Positions 28,965-44,239 of a DNA stretch of 57,466 nt are shown here, in pieces. A program made the position numbers and the translations under genes. Positions within the stretch are counted from its first letter, which is position 1. Every line of letters starts with the position of its first letter. The notes beneath the pieces are model-generated. The model saw only the letters and a list, made by a program, of their open reading frames with translations, ran no database searches and had not been told where the DNA came from. This DNA comes from Verrucomicrobiota bacterium (GTDB lineage: Bacteria; Verrucomicrobiota; Verrucomicrobiia; Limisphaerales; CANJSG01): assembly GCA_038209745.1 (NCBI GenBank), contig JBBQXJ010000022.1:1-57466 (forward strand), written 5' to 3'.

Positions 28965-29092
28965 GCGATTTCCTCCGGGACCACGACGTCCGGCTTGATC
29001 ACCGCCGCACCCCGCCGGAGCGGAACACCACCCTCAAGATCGGGGCCGGGATTCGGAAGCGTTGCGGGACCGTTCGGTTGAGCCTGGATCAT
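28961..29092 (-). CDS. Small 43-aa ORF between E1 alpha and E1 beta
   Basis: MIQAQPNGPATLPNPGPDLEGGVPLRRGAAVIKPDVVVPEEIA*. Starts 9 nt after the E1a stop; ATGA overlap with E1b. Confidence 0.45.
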   Translation of the reverse strand: MIQAQPNGPATLPNPGPDLEGGVPLRRGAAVIKPDVVVPEEIA

Positions 29093-29101
29093 ACGCAAGA
29101 A

Positions 29102-30136
29102 TCAGGAGGCCAGAGTCGTGTCGGACAAGTGTTGGGTCGCCAAGGCGCACCAGGTTTCGGTGAAGGGATTTGGCCCGTGCTCGCGCTGGACGGTGGAGAC
29201 GACCTCGTCCACTTCGTCGGTCACCGCGGTGCGCATCCGCTCCAGATCGGCCTTGTCGGCCCATTTCTCCGAAGCCAGACGCTCCTCGGCCACCGTGAGG
29301 CAATCGCGCCCGATTTCGGAGGCCTTGAGAACGGGATCGATGTATTCGGCGGTGTCGTGTTCGCCATGGCCGCAAAGACGGAGCAGCTTCGCCACGACCA
29401 GCTGGGGACCCTGCCCACTCCGGGCATTGTCCGCCGCCTGTTGAAGCGTCTCCAGACAGGCGCCCAGATCGGTACCGTCGGTCGTGTGGCCGGCCACCCC
29501 GTAGCCGACGGCGCGATCGACCAGTTCCTCGCAGGCGAACTGCCGATCCGTGGGGGTGGAGTACGCGTATTGGTTGTTGGCGACGACGAGGATGAGCGGG
29601 AGCTTTTCCACGGCGGCCTGGTTCAAGGCCTCATGGAACGAACCCGTGCTGGTCGCGCCTTCGCCGATGCAGGCGGCGCCGATGGCCGACGTGTCGCCCT
29701 TCATCCTGCGGGCCATGAGAACGCCGTTGACCACCGAGATCATCGCGCCGAGATGGCTGATCATCGGGAGAAGTCCCTCCCTGGGGCGGCCGCGATGGAC
29801 GTTGCCGTCTCGCGAGCGCATGGGGCCGAGCGGCGATCCCAAGTAGGTGCGGACCGCGTCGAAAACCGATTCTCCAAAAGCCAGCCTTCCAGCCGCGTCG
29901 CGGATGAGCGGCGCGAAGACGTCGCCCTTCCGGAGCGAGACGCCGACGGCGGCGCTCAAAGCCTCCTGTCCCTTCCCCAGAAACACGCCGCCGAAGATCT
30001 TGCCGGCGCGATAAAGCGAGGCCAGTCGCTCGTCGAGCACCCGGGCCATGAGCATGAAGCGGTAGGCGCGCAGATACTGGTCCCGGAACCCCGGATCAGC
30101 TGCGAACGAACCCGGGTTCACCTCGGTCTGAAGCAT
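29102..30136 (-). CDS. 2-oxoacid dehydrogenase E1 alpha subunit (TPP-dependent)
   Basis: GQEA; TPP motif GEGATSTGSFHEALN...NNQYAYST; RLCGHGEHD. Confidence 0.93.
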   Translation of the reverse strand: MLQTEVNPGSFAADPGFRDQYLRAYRFMLMARVLDERLASLYRAGKIFGGVFLGKGQEALSAAVGVSLRKGDVFAPLIRDAAGRLAFGESVFDAVRTYLGSPLGPMRSRDGNVHRGRPREGLLPMISHLGAMISVVNGVLMARRMKGDTSAIGAACIGEGATSTGSFHEALNQAAVEKLPLILVVANNQYAYSTPTDRQFACEELVDRAVGYGVAGHTTDGTDLGACLETLQQAADNARSGQGPQLVVAKLLRLCGHGEHDTAEYIDPVLKASEIGRDCLTVAEERLASEKWADKADLERMRTAVTDEVDEVVSTVQREHGPNPFTETWCALATQHLSDTTLAS

Positions 30137-30209
30137 GGGCGCCACATTGCCGCCGGCCCCGGGGTGGCGCAAACGTTTCTTCCTGCCCGCCTTGGGAAGC
30201 GGCGCCCGT

Positions 30210-32231
30210 TCAATCACGACGACCCGCCGGCCTCGGACCGACAGTGGAAACATCGATCGGTTTGAACCCGAACGTAAAGGCCGGCGACCCCGGCTTCAGT
30301 CCCGCTTCAGGATGCTGCGGATCCTTCAATTGCGGATCCGCGACGATCGATCCAGCTCCCTGTCCCGAAGCCTGCCAAGCCGGGAAAGTCCTGTCCGCGA
30401 AACGAAGCACCTCCGCGTTGGTGGTCGAACGCGTGTCGAACCAGACATTGCCGGCCATGACGTAGTTGTTGGTTGTCCCGTTCCAATTGCTGCCGAGCAG
30501 GGTTCCGGAATCGGCGATGACGACGTTGTTCGTGAACCAGAAGGACCGATGCTCCTCCGCCCTCGAACGCATGACGGAATGGTTGAGATTGAAGGCGAGG
30601 AGATTGTTCCGGACCACATTGTCGCGCCCGTAGTGCTGGTGGAACCCGGCGTCCTTGCAGCGGTAGACGACGTTGTTCTCCAGCAAGATTCCGCTGCTGC
30701 CTTCATCCGTGTAGAGGCCCCAGCCGCCGTAGGCGTAGCTCCGGATGTCGTGGAAGACGTTGTTGCGGATGATCGTCCCGGGCTGCGGCCCCAGCGTGTA
30801 GATGCCGCCCATGTCGCTCAGCAGCCCCTGGCCGACATCGTGGACGAGGTTGAACTCGATGACGTTCGCGCGGCACGGCGTGTCGCGATAGCCCCAGTTC
30901 CAGCCCACCGAAATTCCCGTGTAGAAGAGGTCGTGGATGTGGTTGTGCGCGATCCGGTTCGTGCCGCTCTGGAAGACGATGATCCCCACGGCGGGCGGCA
31001 TGATCCGGCCGAGCTGGTGCAGGTCGTTGTCGGTGATCGAATGGGTGTGGCAACCGGTGAAACCGTCGGGATCGCGGTCGCCTTGTTCACCGATGCGGAT
31101 TCCACCTGCGCCGAGCGAATGGAAATCGTTCCCAACCACGCGCCAATTCTGGCAACCACGCCCCAGCTCCAGCCCGTAGCCGCCGAGATCGGTCAGCACG
31201 CAGTCCTCGATCACACAATGGGTCGCGAACTCGGCCCGCAACGTCCCCCGGGTCTGGCTCGCGGCCTGGGGATCGATCCGACCCTCGGCCGGCAGCTCGT
31301 AGTCCGCATCCGTGAGCCGCAGTCCGCGCAGCGCCACATCAGTCACCGCGCGCCGAGCCTTCAGGTCTCCCTCCCAGCGAACCAGCGTGTCGAGCTTCGG
31401 CGCGACGACCCGCGCCCGGTTCGGATCCGCTCCGGCCGGAGCCCAGTAGCTGAGCACTCCGCTCTGGCGGTCGAGCTGCCATTCACCCGGTTGATCGAGC
31501 GCGTCGGGCGTGTTCTCGATCCAGTAGCGGGCATCCTTCTCGTCCATCCACTCGGCGGGCTTCGCTCCCGGGATCCGCAGCCATTTGGCGTTCGTGTCCA
31601 CGGCAAGGATCGGCACCTGGAACGACGTCCATTTCATCAACATGAAAAGCTCCCCCTGCCCGGCCCACTCGGGTCGCGCCTCTTCCGGGCGGATCGGCAC
31701 GTCGATCGGCGACGTCGGACTCAACGGCCCGGCGGCCCGGAGGAAACCCACGTTCGGCGTCCGGGCCCGCACCGCGCGCGCGCCATCCACAAAGAGCTGC
31801 CTGAAATACCATGTGCCGGCTTTCACCTCGGGGAGCGTCACCCGCCACAACGCCGCGTTCGTCTCCGACCGCTTCCAACCCGTCACACGGCGACCTCCCG
31901 ACAACTCCACCGCCGCCCCTGGCGCCGACCGGATCTCGAGGTGCGAATCCTCGGGCCGGAAGACGATCGGCGCCGCCAATTCGTAGCGTCCCGTTTCGAT
32001 CTCGATCACCGCCGCGTCGGTGGAACCGGTTCGAGCCGACCTCGCCGCCTGCAACGCCCGCCCCACGGTCGCGAAGGGTCCGTCCTTCCGAAAGAACGTC
32101 GGCTTGGACCGCGTGCCGGACCACTCGTCCCGGCCGTTGGTCGACACGTGGAAGGTGATCGGGGCCGCGGCCGCAGGCATCGCCAGCAGGAGTGAACCGA
32201 ACAGGGCGATTCTGCGGATTGCGAGGAACAT
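30210..32231 (-). CDS. Secreted right-handed parallel beta-helix protein (GH141/pectin-lyase-like)
   Basis: FHVSTNGRDEWSG..DGPFAT, LDQPGEW, LSDMGGIYTLG, GLYTDEGSS; signal peptide. Confidence 0.85.
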   Translation of the reverse strand: MFLAIRRIALFGSLLLAMPAAAAPITFHVSTNGRDEWSGTRSKPTFFRKDGPFATVGRALQAARSARTGSTDAAVIEIETGRYELAAPIVFRPEDSHLEIRSAPGAAVELSGGRRVTGWKRSETNAALWRVTLPEVKAGTWYFRQLFVDGARAVRARTPNVGFLRAAGPLSPTSPIDVPIRPEEARPEWAGQGELFMLMKWTSFQVPILAVDTNAKWLRIPGAKPAEWMDEKDARYWIENTPDALDQPGEWQLDRQSGVLSYWAPAGADPNRARVVAPKLDTLVRWEGDLKARRAVTDVALRGLRLTDADYELPAEGRIDPQAASQTRGTLRAEFATHCVIEDCVLTDLGGYGLELGRGCQNWRVVGNDFHSLGAGGIRIGEQGDRDPDGFTGCHTHSITDNDLHQLGRIMPPAVGIIVFQSGTNRIAHNHIHDLFYTGISVGWNWGYRDTPCRANVIEFNLVHDVGQGLLSDMGGIYTLGPQPGTIIRNNVFHDIRSYAYGGWGLYTDEGSSGILLENNVVYRCKDAGFHQHYGRDNVVRNNLLAFNLNHSVMRSRAEEHRSFWFTNNVVIADSGTLLGSNWNGTTNNYVMAGNVWFDTRSTTNAEVLRFADRTFPAWQASGQGAGSIVADPQLKDPQHPEAGLKPGSPAFTFGFKPIDVSTVGPRPAGRRD

Positions 32232-32341
32232 GGTCAGGCAGACGGTCGGTGGTGGCGGGTTGTTCACGGCCTGAAGGACCGAAGACGCATCCCACCCTTG
32301 GAAATTCTGTCCAGAAGGCGACACCTCGGCTGACACCGCAG

Positions 32342-33778
<1,437 letters not shown>

Positions 33779-33782
33779 GGCT

Positions 33783-36700
33783 TCATTCCTTGGTGATCGT
33801 TTCGTCGAGGTTCAGCAGCGTGCGCGAGAGCGCGGACCAAGCGGCCAGATCGGTCATGGTCGTTCCTGCGGGCAGCGGCACGGGGCTCTTTGGATCGGTG
33901 TAGGCGACGCGCGCGGCGTCGCTTGGATTGGCCGCGAATTCCTTGAGGAGATCGCCCAGCAGTTTCCGCAACGAAGAGAGCTCGGCGGCATCGGGCTTTC
34001 GCGCGGTGCAAGTCCGGAAGGCCAGGGTCAAACGCGCGTCGTCCGTCGCGACGCCGGACTCCTGCAACACCCGATAGGCCAGCCAGCGCGACGCCTGGAT
34101 GAACGTCGGTTCGTTCAAGGTGACCAGCGCCTGGAGCGGCGTGTTGGAACGGGTGCGACGCACGCAGCTCTGTTCGGCCGTCGGCGCGTCGAACAGGGCC
34201 ATTGCGGGATACGGCACGGAGCGCTTCCAGAAGGTGTACATCGCCCGGCGATACCGGTCGTCGCCTTCGCTGACGTTCCACGGGATCGGGCCGTAGCTGA
34301 GCTGCATCACGCCGTCGGGCAACGGCGGAAAGACGCTCGGGCCGCCGATCTTGGGGCTGAGCAGGCCGCTCACCGAGAGGGCGATGTCCTGGATCGCCTC
34401 CGCATTGACGCGGATGCGCGGCCCGCGAGTCAGCAGACGGTTGTAGGGGTCCGTCTCCAACAGCTCCGGCGTCACGTGGGACGACTGCCGATAGGTGGCC
34501 GAAGTGACGATCAGTCGATGCAGCTCTTTCAGGCTCCAGCCGCGATGCATGAACTCGACGGCCAACCAGTCGAGCACCTGCGGATACGGCGGCGCTTCGC
34601 TGCGAACGCCGAAGTCCTCCGGCGTGGTCACCAGACCTTCGCCGAAATACTGCTGCCAGACGCGGTTCACGATGACGCGGGCGGTGAGGGGATTGCGTTC
34701 GTCGACGATCCACTTCGCGAGGCCCAGCCGGTTGCGCGGCCAACTCTGGTCGAATGCGGAAAGCACCGCCGGCGTGCCCGGCTCCACCTCGTCCCCGAGA
34801 CGCTGCCAATCGCCACGCTTGAAGATGTGCGTCTCGCGGGGGGTCGAACGCGACACGAGCGCCAAAGTCGTGGTCTCGGCCTTCGGCCAATCGCGCCAAA
34901 GAGCCTCCCACTCGGCGGCCTTCGCCGCGACCGATGGTTCCTTGAAGAGGAATTCGCGGAACAATTCGCGGCGAATTCCAGGCGCGTCCGCGACCAGCAG
35001 CCGCCGCTGTCGTTCGCTCAATGGATCGACCTTCAGCGTTCCGGTCTCCGTGGTCAGACTGAGGCGCAGATGGCCTATGAGGTAGTTCGACACCTTGCCG
35101 CCACCGACGTCGAGTCCACCGGGAGGGTTGCAGCTCACGGTGACCAGAAGGCGCGTGCCGCCCGGGAATCCTAAAGGCTTCTCCGCCTCGAAGATGGCGC
35201 GGCGTTCTTCGTGCCGGCGACCCTCGCTCGTGGCCGAAGCCCAGCCTCCGCTGGTCACCGTTCCGTCGGTCATCCGGCCGGCGGGAAATTCCGGCGCCTC
35301 CCAGTCCGCGATGGCTTGGCGAAAGGAGATCCGGTTGGTCGTCGCGGGTGGATTGGTCGAACCGGGCACGACGGGTTTGATCTCGTCGAGCGGTGTCGCG
35401 TCCACGGTGAACTCGTTCACCATGAAGTCGCCGTCGCCCATGATGCCCGGTCCGTTGCCAGGCAGGTTCGGATGGTTCAACGCCTCCAGGCGAAAGCCCG
35501 TGATGTTCGTCTGCGACACGTCCACCCACACGCGCAGCACGCCGGTGTTGTGGATGTCGCCGCCGGCCAGCAGGGAAAGGTCCTCCTGCTTCTCATACTT
35601 CATCGGCGTGGAGTGCCACTCCTTGGCATCCATCGGGCTCCAGTCGCCCTGAGGTTTTGCAGCCGCTGTCAGCCAATCGGTGAAGGCCGTCGCAATGCCG
35701 GGGTCCGCGAGAAGGCTGTCTTCCACGGCGCGCACCTTCCCCAGGATGCCGGCCCGCTTCGCGGCTTCGTCGGGTGTCGGCACTTCGATGCGGGGCTCGT
35801 CGTCCTGGTTCAGGAACGCCATGAACTGGTAGTATTCCTTCTGCGAAACGGGGTCGTACTTGTGGTTGTGACACTGGGCACAGGCGACGGTGAGGCCCAG
35901 CCAGGTCCGGCCCACCGCGTCCACCCGGTCGATCATGGATTCGACCCGGAATTTCTCGGGCTCGATGCCGCCCTCCATGTTCATCATGGAATTCCGCAGA
36001 AAGCCGGTGGCGATGCGGAGATCGCGCCGGGACCGATCCAGGCTCTGGTCGGCGACGGAATTGGCCGGGCCGTTCGGTGCCGCGAGGATGTCGCCGGCGA
36101 GCTGCTCGATGGTGAACTGGTCGAAGGGCTTGTCGGCGTTGAGCGCGTTGATGACCCAGTCGCGGTAGGGCCAGATGGTGCGGGAACGGTCCTTCTCGAA
36201 ACCGTTCGAATCGGCGTAGCGCGCCGCGTCGAGCCACCAGCGGCCCCACTTTTCACCGTAGCGCGGCGAAGCCAGCAAGCGGTCCACGAGCGTGTCGTAG
36301 GCTTTCCGGGAATGGTCGGCGAGGAAGGCGTCGACCTCCTCCACCGTCGGCGGCAGTCCCGTGAGATCAAGCGAGAGGCGACGGATCAACGTGGACTTCT
36401 CCGCCTCGGGCGAAGGCTTCAAACCTTTGGCCTCCAATCCGGCGAAGACGAATTGGTCGATCGGATTCACCACGCGGCGGCTGTTCGTGACCTTGGGCAA
36501 AGCCGCCTCTTTCGGCGCGATGAAGGCCCAATGCGGTTTGCCGGACTTTCCGGAAGCGGCCGAGGCCGTCTCCTGTTCGGGAACCGGCGCGCCTTGATCG
36601 ATCCAAAAGCGGAGGAGATCGATCTGCTGGGCGGTGAGCCGGTCCTTCTTCTTCGGCATCGTCATGATGTCGGGATGGGTCCCGGTCACGACTTGGATGA

Positions 36701-36992
36701 GGATGCTCTTGGCGCTGTCGTCGGGAACGATGGAAGGCCCGTTGTCGCCGCCCTTCAGCAATCCTGCCCTTGAATCCATCCGCAGACCCGACTCCTGCTT
36801 CTTCTCTCCATGACACGAGTAGCAGGTGGCGGAAAAGATGGGCTCGATGTCCCGCGAGAAATCGATCTTCCGCTGGGCCGGTGCCGGGATCCCCGCCGCC
36901 TCCAGACCGCACGGCTGCATGGCCCATGCCGAGCACACCAATACGAGAAGTTGGCCAAACTTTCGGGGATTCACTGGAAAGGATTGTTCCAT
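33783..36992 (-). CDS. PSD1/planctomycete cytochrome c protein (DUF1549/DUF1553)
   Basis: CxxCH motifs CYSCH and [40 protein letters not shown]. Confidence 0.93.
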   Translation of the reverse strand: MEQSFPVNPRKFGQLLVLVCSAWAMQPCGLEAAGIPAPAQRKIDFSRDIEPIFSATCYSCHGEKKQESGLRMDSRAGLLKGGDNGPSIVPDDSAKSILIQVVTGTHPDIMTMPKKKDRLTAQQIDLLRFWIDQGAPVPEQETASAASGKSGKPHWAFIAPKEAALPKVTNSRRVVNPIDQFVFAGLEAKGLKPSPEAEKSTLIRRLSLDLTGLPPTVEEVDAFLADHSRKAYDTLVDRLLASPRYGEKWGRWWLDAARYADSNGFEKDRSRTIWPYRDWVINALNADKPFDQFTIEQLAGDILAAPNGPANSVADQSLDRSRRDLRIATGFLRNSMMNMEGGIEPEKFRVESMIDRVDAVGRTWLGLTVACAQCHNHKYDPVSQKEYYQFMAFLNQDDEPRIEVPTPDEAAKRAGILGKVRAVEDSLLADPGIATAFTDWLTAAAKPQGDWSPMDAKEWHSTPMKYEKQEDLSLLAGGDIHNTGVLRVWVDVSQTNITGFRLEALNHPNLPGNGPGIMGDGDFMVNEFTVDATPLDEIKPVVPGSTNPPATTNRISFRQAIADWEAPEFPAGRMTDGTVTSGGWASATSEGRRHEERRAIFEAEKPLGFPGGTRLLVTVSCNPPGGLDVGGGKVSNYLIGHLRLSLTTETGTLKVDPLSERQRRLLVADAPGIRRELFREFLFKEPSVAAKAAEWEALWRDWPKAETTTLALVSRSTPRETHIFKRGDWQRLGDEVEPGTPAVLSAFDQSWPRNRLGLAKWIVDERNPLTARVIVNRVWQQYFGEGLVTTPEDFGVRSEAPPYPQVLDWLAVEFMHRGWSLKELHRLIVTSATYRQSSHVTPELLETDPYNRLLTRGPRIRVNAEAIQDIALSVSGLLSPKIGGPSVFPPLPDGVMQLSYGPIPWNVSEGDDRYRRAMYTFWKRSVPYPAMALFDAPTAEQSCVRRTRSNTPLQALVTLNEPTFIQASRWLAYRVLQESGVATDDARLTLAFRTCTARKPDAAELSSLRKLLGDLLKEFAANPSDAARVAYTDPKSPVPLPAGTTMTDLAAWSALSRTLLNLDETITKE

Positions 36993-37157
36993 CCGATCGG
37001 CGCCGGGTCCATACCCCAGAACAGGTGCGTTAAATTCTGAAGTGGCCGGCAAGGTACGCGGCCAACAGACCGCCGCCCGGAAAGCGCGGGGTGAAAAACC
37101 ATCGACTTCTCCCGGACGAATTCAAAGTCGGACCTCCGCCAATGCCCGCACCTCGGG

Positions 37158-38495
37158 TCACCGGCCCATGCCGGGCATTCCGCCCATCTTGGCCATCATT
37201 TTCTGCATCTTGCCCATCTTCTTCATCATCTGCTGCATCTGGTTGAACTTGACCAGGACCCCGTTGACCTCGGACACCTGCACGCCGCTGCCCTTGGCGA
37301 TGCGCTGACGCCTCTTGGCGTTCAGGATCTGAGGATTGCGGCGCTCCTTAGGGGTCATCGCACAGATGATGCCTTCCATGCGGCGCATGTCCCTCTGGCC
37401 CTTGTCCAGATCGGCGCCCTTCATCATCTCGCCGCCCCCGGGCATGAGACCGAGGATGTTCTCCAACGGCCCGAGCTTCTTCATCATGCGGAACTGTTCA
37501 AGGAAGTCTTCCAGCGTGAACTGGCCCTTCCGCATCTTCTCCTCCATCCGCTTGGCGTCGTCCTCGTCGATGGCGGCGGCGGCCTTCTCGACCAGCGTCA
37601 CGACATCGCCCATGCCGAGGATCCGCTGGGCCATGCGCTCGGGGTGGAAGGGCTCGAAGTCCTCGGGCCTCTCGCCGATGCCCATGAACTTGATGGGCTT
37701 GCCGGTAACGGCCTTCAAGCTGAGGGCCGCACCGCCGCGGGCGTCGCCATCGAGCTTGGTGAGAATGGCGCCGGTGACGTCCAGCGCCTGGTCGAAGTGG
37801 GCGGCGACGTTGACCGCTTCCTGGCCGGTGGCGGCATCGAGCACGAGCAGGATTTCCTGCGGCTCGATCCTGGCCTTCAGCCGCACGAGCTCCTGCACCA
37901 GGACTTCATCGATCTGGAGGCGTCCGGCGGTGTCGAAGATCAGCGTCTGCCGGAGATTCTCGCGGGCGAACAGGAAGGCGGCGTCCGCGATCTTGAGCAC
38001 GTCCGTCTCGCCCTTCATGGCGAAGACCGGGACGTCGATCTGCTTGCCCAACGCTTCCAGCTGGTCCATCGCGGCGGGCCGATAGACGTCGGCCGCGACG
38101 AGCAAGGGAGCTTTCCCCTGCTTCTGCAAAAGCCGTGCGAGCTTGGCGCTGCTGGTGGTTTTGCCCGAGCCGTGCAGGCCGACCATCATCACACAGGCGG
38201 GATTCCCCGTCAGAGTGAGCGCGGCGTTCTGCGAGCCGAGCAGGTCCACGAGCTCGTCGTGGATGATCTTCACGATCTGCTGGCCGGGACTGACGCTGAG
38301 GAGGACCTCTTCGCCGAGGCTCTTGGCCTTGACCCGCTCGATGAAGTCCTTGGCGACCTTGAAGTTCACGTCGGCGTCGAGCAGCGCCATGCGGACCTCG
38401 CGCAGAGAGTCGGCCACGTTGGTCTCGGAGATCTTTCCGAGACCGCGCAAATTGCGGAAGGCGCCTTGCAGCTTCTGCGTCAGGTTGTCGAACAT
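37158..38495 (-). CDS. ffh: Signal recognition particle protein
   Basis: GLHGSGKTT, DVYRPAA, DTAGRL, TKLDGDARGG; Met-rich M domain. Confidence 0.99.
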   Translation of the reverse strand: MFDNLTQKLQGAFRNLRGLGKISETNVADSLREVRMALLDADVNFKVAKDFIERVKAKSLGEEVLLSVSPGQQIVKIIHDELVDLLGSQNAALTLTGNPACVMMVGLHGSGKTTSSAKLARLLQKQGKAPLLVAADVYRPAAMDQLEALGKQIDVPVFAMKGETDVLKIADAAFLFARENLRQTLIFDTAGRLQIDEVLVQELVRLKARIEPQEILLVLDAATGQEAVNVAAHFDQALDVTGAILTKLDGDARGGAALSLKAVTGKPIKFMGIGERPEDFEPFHPERMAQRILGMGDVVTLVEKAAAAIDEDDAKRMEEKMRKGQFTLEDFLEQFRMMKKLGPLENILGLMPGGGEMMKGADLDKGQRDMRRMEGIICAMTPKERRNPQILNAKRRQRIAKGSGVQVSEVNGVLVKFNQMQQMMKKMGKMQKMMAKMGGMPGMGR

Positions 38496-38523
38496 GGGGC
38501 GAAACTAGGGATCAGCTGGCGGG

Positions 38524-38553
38524 TTGACAAGGGGCCGACGAACCCGCTTTATT
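38524..38553 (+). promoter_or_regulatory. Sigma70-type promoter for tRNA-Tyr
   Basis: TTGACA (38524-38529), 18 nt, TTTATT; 22 nt upstream of the tRNA. Confidence 0.55.
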
Positions 38554-38575
38554 GCCCGCTCTTTGACGGCTGGGT

Positions 38576-38661
<86 letters not shown>

Positions 38662-38694
38662 CTTCTTTCCCCGGGTTTCCATCCACGATTCCGC

Positions 38695-38844
38695 TCACCG
38701 TGGGTCCGGATCCATCGGATGGTTCGGGTTCCACTTCTTCCAGCGCCAGTCGGACTGCTGTTCGGGAGAGACGGGCGAAAAACAGCCAGTCGCCGCAACG
38801 ACAAGGGCAACCATTCCCAACAGGATCGCCCACCGCCCGATCAT
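38695..38844 (-). CDS. Small lipoprotein (49 aa)
   Basis: MIGRWAILLGMVALVVAATGC lipobox followed by FSPVSPEQQSDWRWKKWNPNHPMDPDPR. Confidence 0.55.
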   Translation of the reverse strand: MIGRWAILLGMVALVVAATGCFSPVSPEQQSDWRWKKWNPNHPMDPDPR

Positions 38845-39196
38845 CTCACGTTGTCGTTGGCGCATGTCTCTGCTCTCGACGATCTCCTGTCCCCACGCAA
38901 GACCGATGCGGCACCGAGCCCGATTCTCCTCGGCCCGTGGACTGCAGCCCAAGGACGCTCCCATGACACCAGGCCCTGACCTGCCGGACGCTGCTCCAAA
39001 TTTCGGTCGCGGTCGGAGTCGTTTTCGCGGAGGCCACCGGAGTGGGCCACCTTCTCGTCCAGTCAGGCGTGGAGGAGCGCAAGCTCCTTCACATGCGGGA
39101 ATAGCTTGGGAAAAGGGCCAAACGCGACGAGGCCCACTTTACCGGGATCAACTCCAATCTCCCCCGCAATCCCGACCATTCGACTGCCGGGTCATC

Positions 39197-39225
39197 AAAA
39201 GGGCCGTCGCAGTGGTCGACGGCCC
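39197..39225 (-). terminator. Terminator downstream of lysA
   Basis: GGGCCGTCG-N7-CGACGGCCC followed by TTTT on the minus strand. Confidence 0.7.
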
Positions 39226-39264
39226 GCAGAATACCAAGGTCGAAGAACGCGCCTTGAGGCTCGC

Positions 39265-40578
39265 CTATTTCGCCGACTTCTTCAGCCACGCGGGCACGAG
39301 TTCGTTGCCCCAGAGGTCGGCGATCTTTTGACGCTTGCGAACGACGTCGGCCGACTTGCCCCGGACGAGGACTTCGGTCGGCAAGGCGCGGGTGTTGTAG
39401 TTGGAGCCCATCACGGCGCCGTAGGCCCCGGCGCTGAGCAGCGCGACGGCGTCGCCTTCTTCGACCTTCTGGAGAGGACGGTCCTTGCAGAAGTAGTCGC
39501 CGGATTCGCAGATGGGACCGACCACGTCGGAGGAAACGGTCTCGGCCTTCGAGCTGCGCTTGAGCGGGACGATCTCGTGGTAGCTGTCGTAGAAGGCCGG
39601 GCGGATGAGGTCGTTCATCGCGGCGTCCACGATGACGAAGTTCTTCTTGCCGGTCTGCTTGACGTATTCGACGCGGGTGACGAGGGCGCCGGCGTTGCCG
39701 ACGAGGAAGCGACCGGGCTCCAGCAGGATCTTCAGCCCCAGAGGCTGGAGCAGCGGGACGAGAGTCGCGGCGTAGGTGGCGGGGGTGAGGATCTTCTTTC
39801 CTTCCGGCGTGTTCCACCAGGCGGCCGAGCCGCTGGCGAGAGCGGAGTTGTAGACGATGCCGAGACCGCCACCGATGCTGAAGAACTCCAAGCCGTGGCG
39901 TTCAGAAAGTTTTCCAACCAGGGGCAGGACCTTCTTCACGGCCGCCTCGAACGGACCCACGGAAGTGAGCTGGGATCCAATGTGCATCTGGAGGCCGCGC
40001 AGCTTGATGTTCTTCAGTTTGGAAGCGCGCTCATAGACGCCCTCGATCTCCTCGAAGGCGATCCCGAACTTGTTCTCGTAGGTGCCGGTGGTGATTTTGG
40101 CGTGGGTGCCGGCGTCGATGTTCGGGTTCACCCGCACGGCGATGGGCGCGACCTTTTTCAGCGTGGCGGCGACGCGGTTGATGCGCCGGAGCTCGGGCTC
40201 GGACTCGACGTTGAAGCTGTAGATGCCCTTTTTCAGGGCGAAGGCGATCTCCTCCTCGGTCTTGCCCACGCCGGCGAAGACGCACTTTTTCGGGTTGCCA
40301 CCTGCCGCGATGACCCGCTGGAGCTCGCCGGCGCTGACGGTGTCGAAGCCGCCGCCGAGATTGGCGAAGAGCCGGATGACAGCCGCGTTCGAATTCGCCT
40401 TCATCGCGTAGCAGATCAGGTGTTCGAGCGGTGCGAGGGCCGCGTCGAGCTTCGAGAAATGGTCCGTGAGCGTGGCGGCCGAATAGACGAACAGCGGCGT
40501 GCCATGCTTCTTCGCGAGCGACTCGATGGGGACTCCTTCACAGAAAAGTTGGTCGGCGACGTAGCGAAAGCTATGCAT
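39265..40578 (-). CDS. lysA: Diaminopimelate decarboxylase
   Basis: GTPLFVYS, PLP-lysine YAMKAN, HIGSQ, EPGRFLV, GPICESGD, GAYGAVMGSNYN. True start MHSFRY at 40578. Confidence 0.97.
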   Translation of the reverse strand: MHSFRYVADQLFCEGVPIESLAKKHGTPLFVYSAATLTDHFSKLDAALAPLEHLICYAMKANSNAAVIRLFANLGGGFDTVSAGELQRVIAAGGNPKKCVFAGVGKTEEEIAFALKKGIYSFNVESEPELRRINRVAATLKKVAPIAVRVNPNIDAGTHAKITTGTYENKFGIAFEEIEGVYERASKLKNIKLRGLQMHIGSQLTSVGPFEAAVKKVLPLVGKLSERHGLEFFSIGGGLGIVYNSALASGSAAWWNTPEGKKILTPATYAATLVPLLQPLGLKILLEPGRFLVGNAGALVTRVEYVKQTGKKNFVIVDAAMNDLIRPAFYDSYHEIVPLKRSSKAETVSSDVVGPICESGDYFCKDRPLQKVEEGDAVALLSAGAYGAVMGSNYNTRALPTEVLVRGKSADVVRKRQKIADLWGNELVPAWLKKSAK

Positions 40579-40779
40579 GGGACACAAGTAGACGGGCCGG
40601 GCCGATTGCTTCCAAGCGCCAAGTTGAACGGCTCTGGCCAGTGACGTTGGCCATGGGCATCCAGCCAATGTCCCAAAAGAAATGATTTTCTCGCGGCCGG
40701 TGCTGGCAGACTTCCAGCTAAGGGAGTAACCATCGTGCGGTGTCGGAAAAGGAGTTCCGCCGTCCGATGCCGAACTAGC

Positions 40780-44211
<3,432 letters not shown>

Positions 44212-44239
44212 ACGCCTCTTTCGGCACCAGGGTCCCGCA

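Noticed and set aside
38662..39260. Island integrated at tRNA-Tyr
   Set aside because: No integrase or duplicated tRNA end; core gene lysA follows within about 600 bp.
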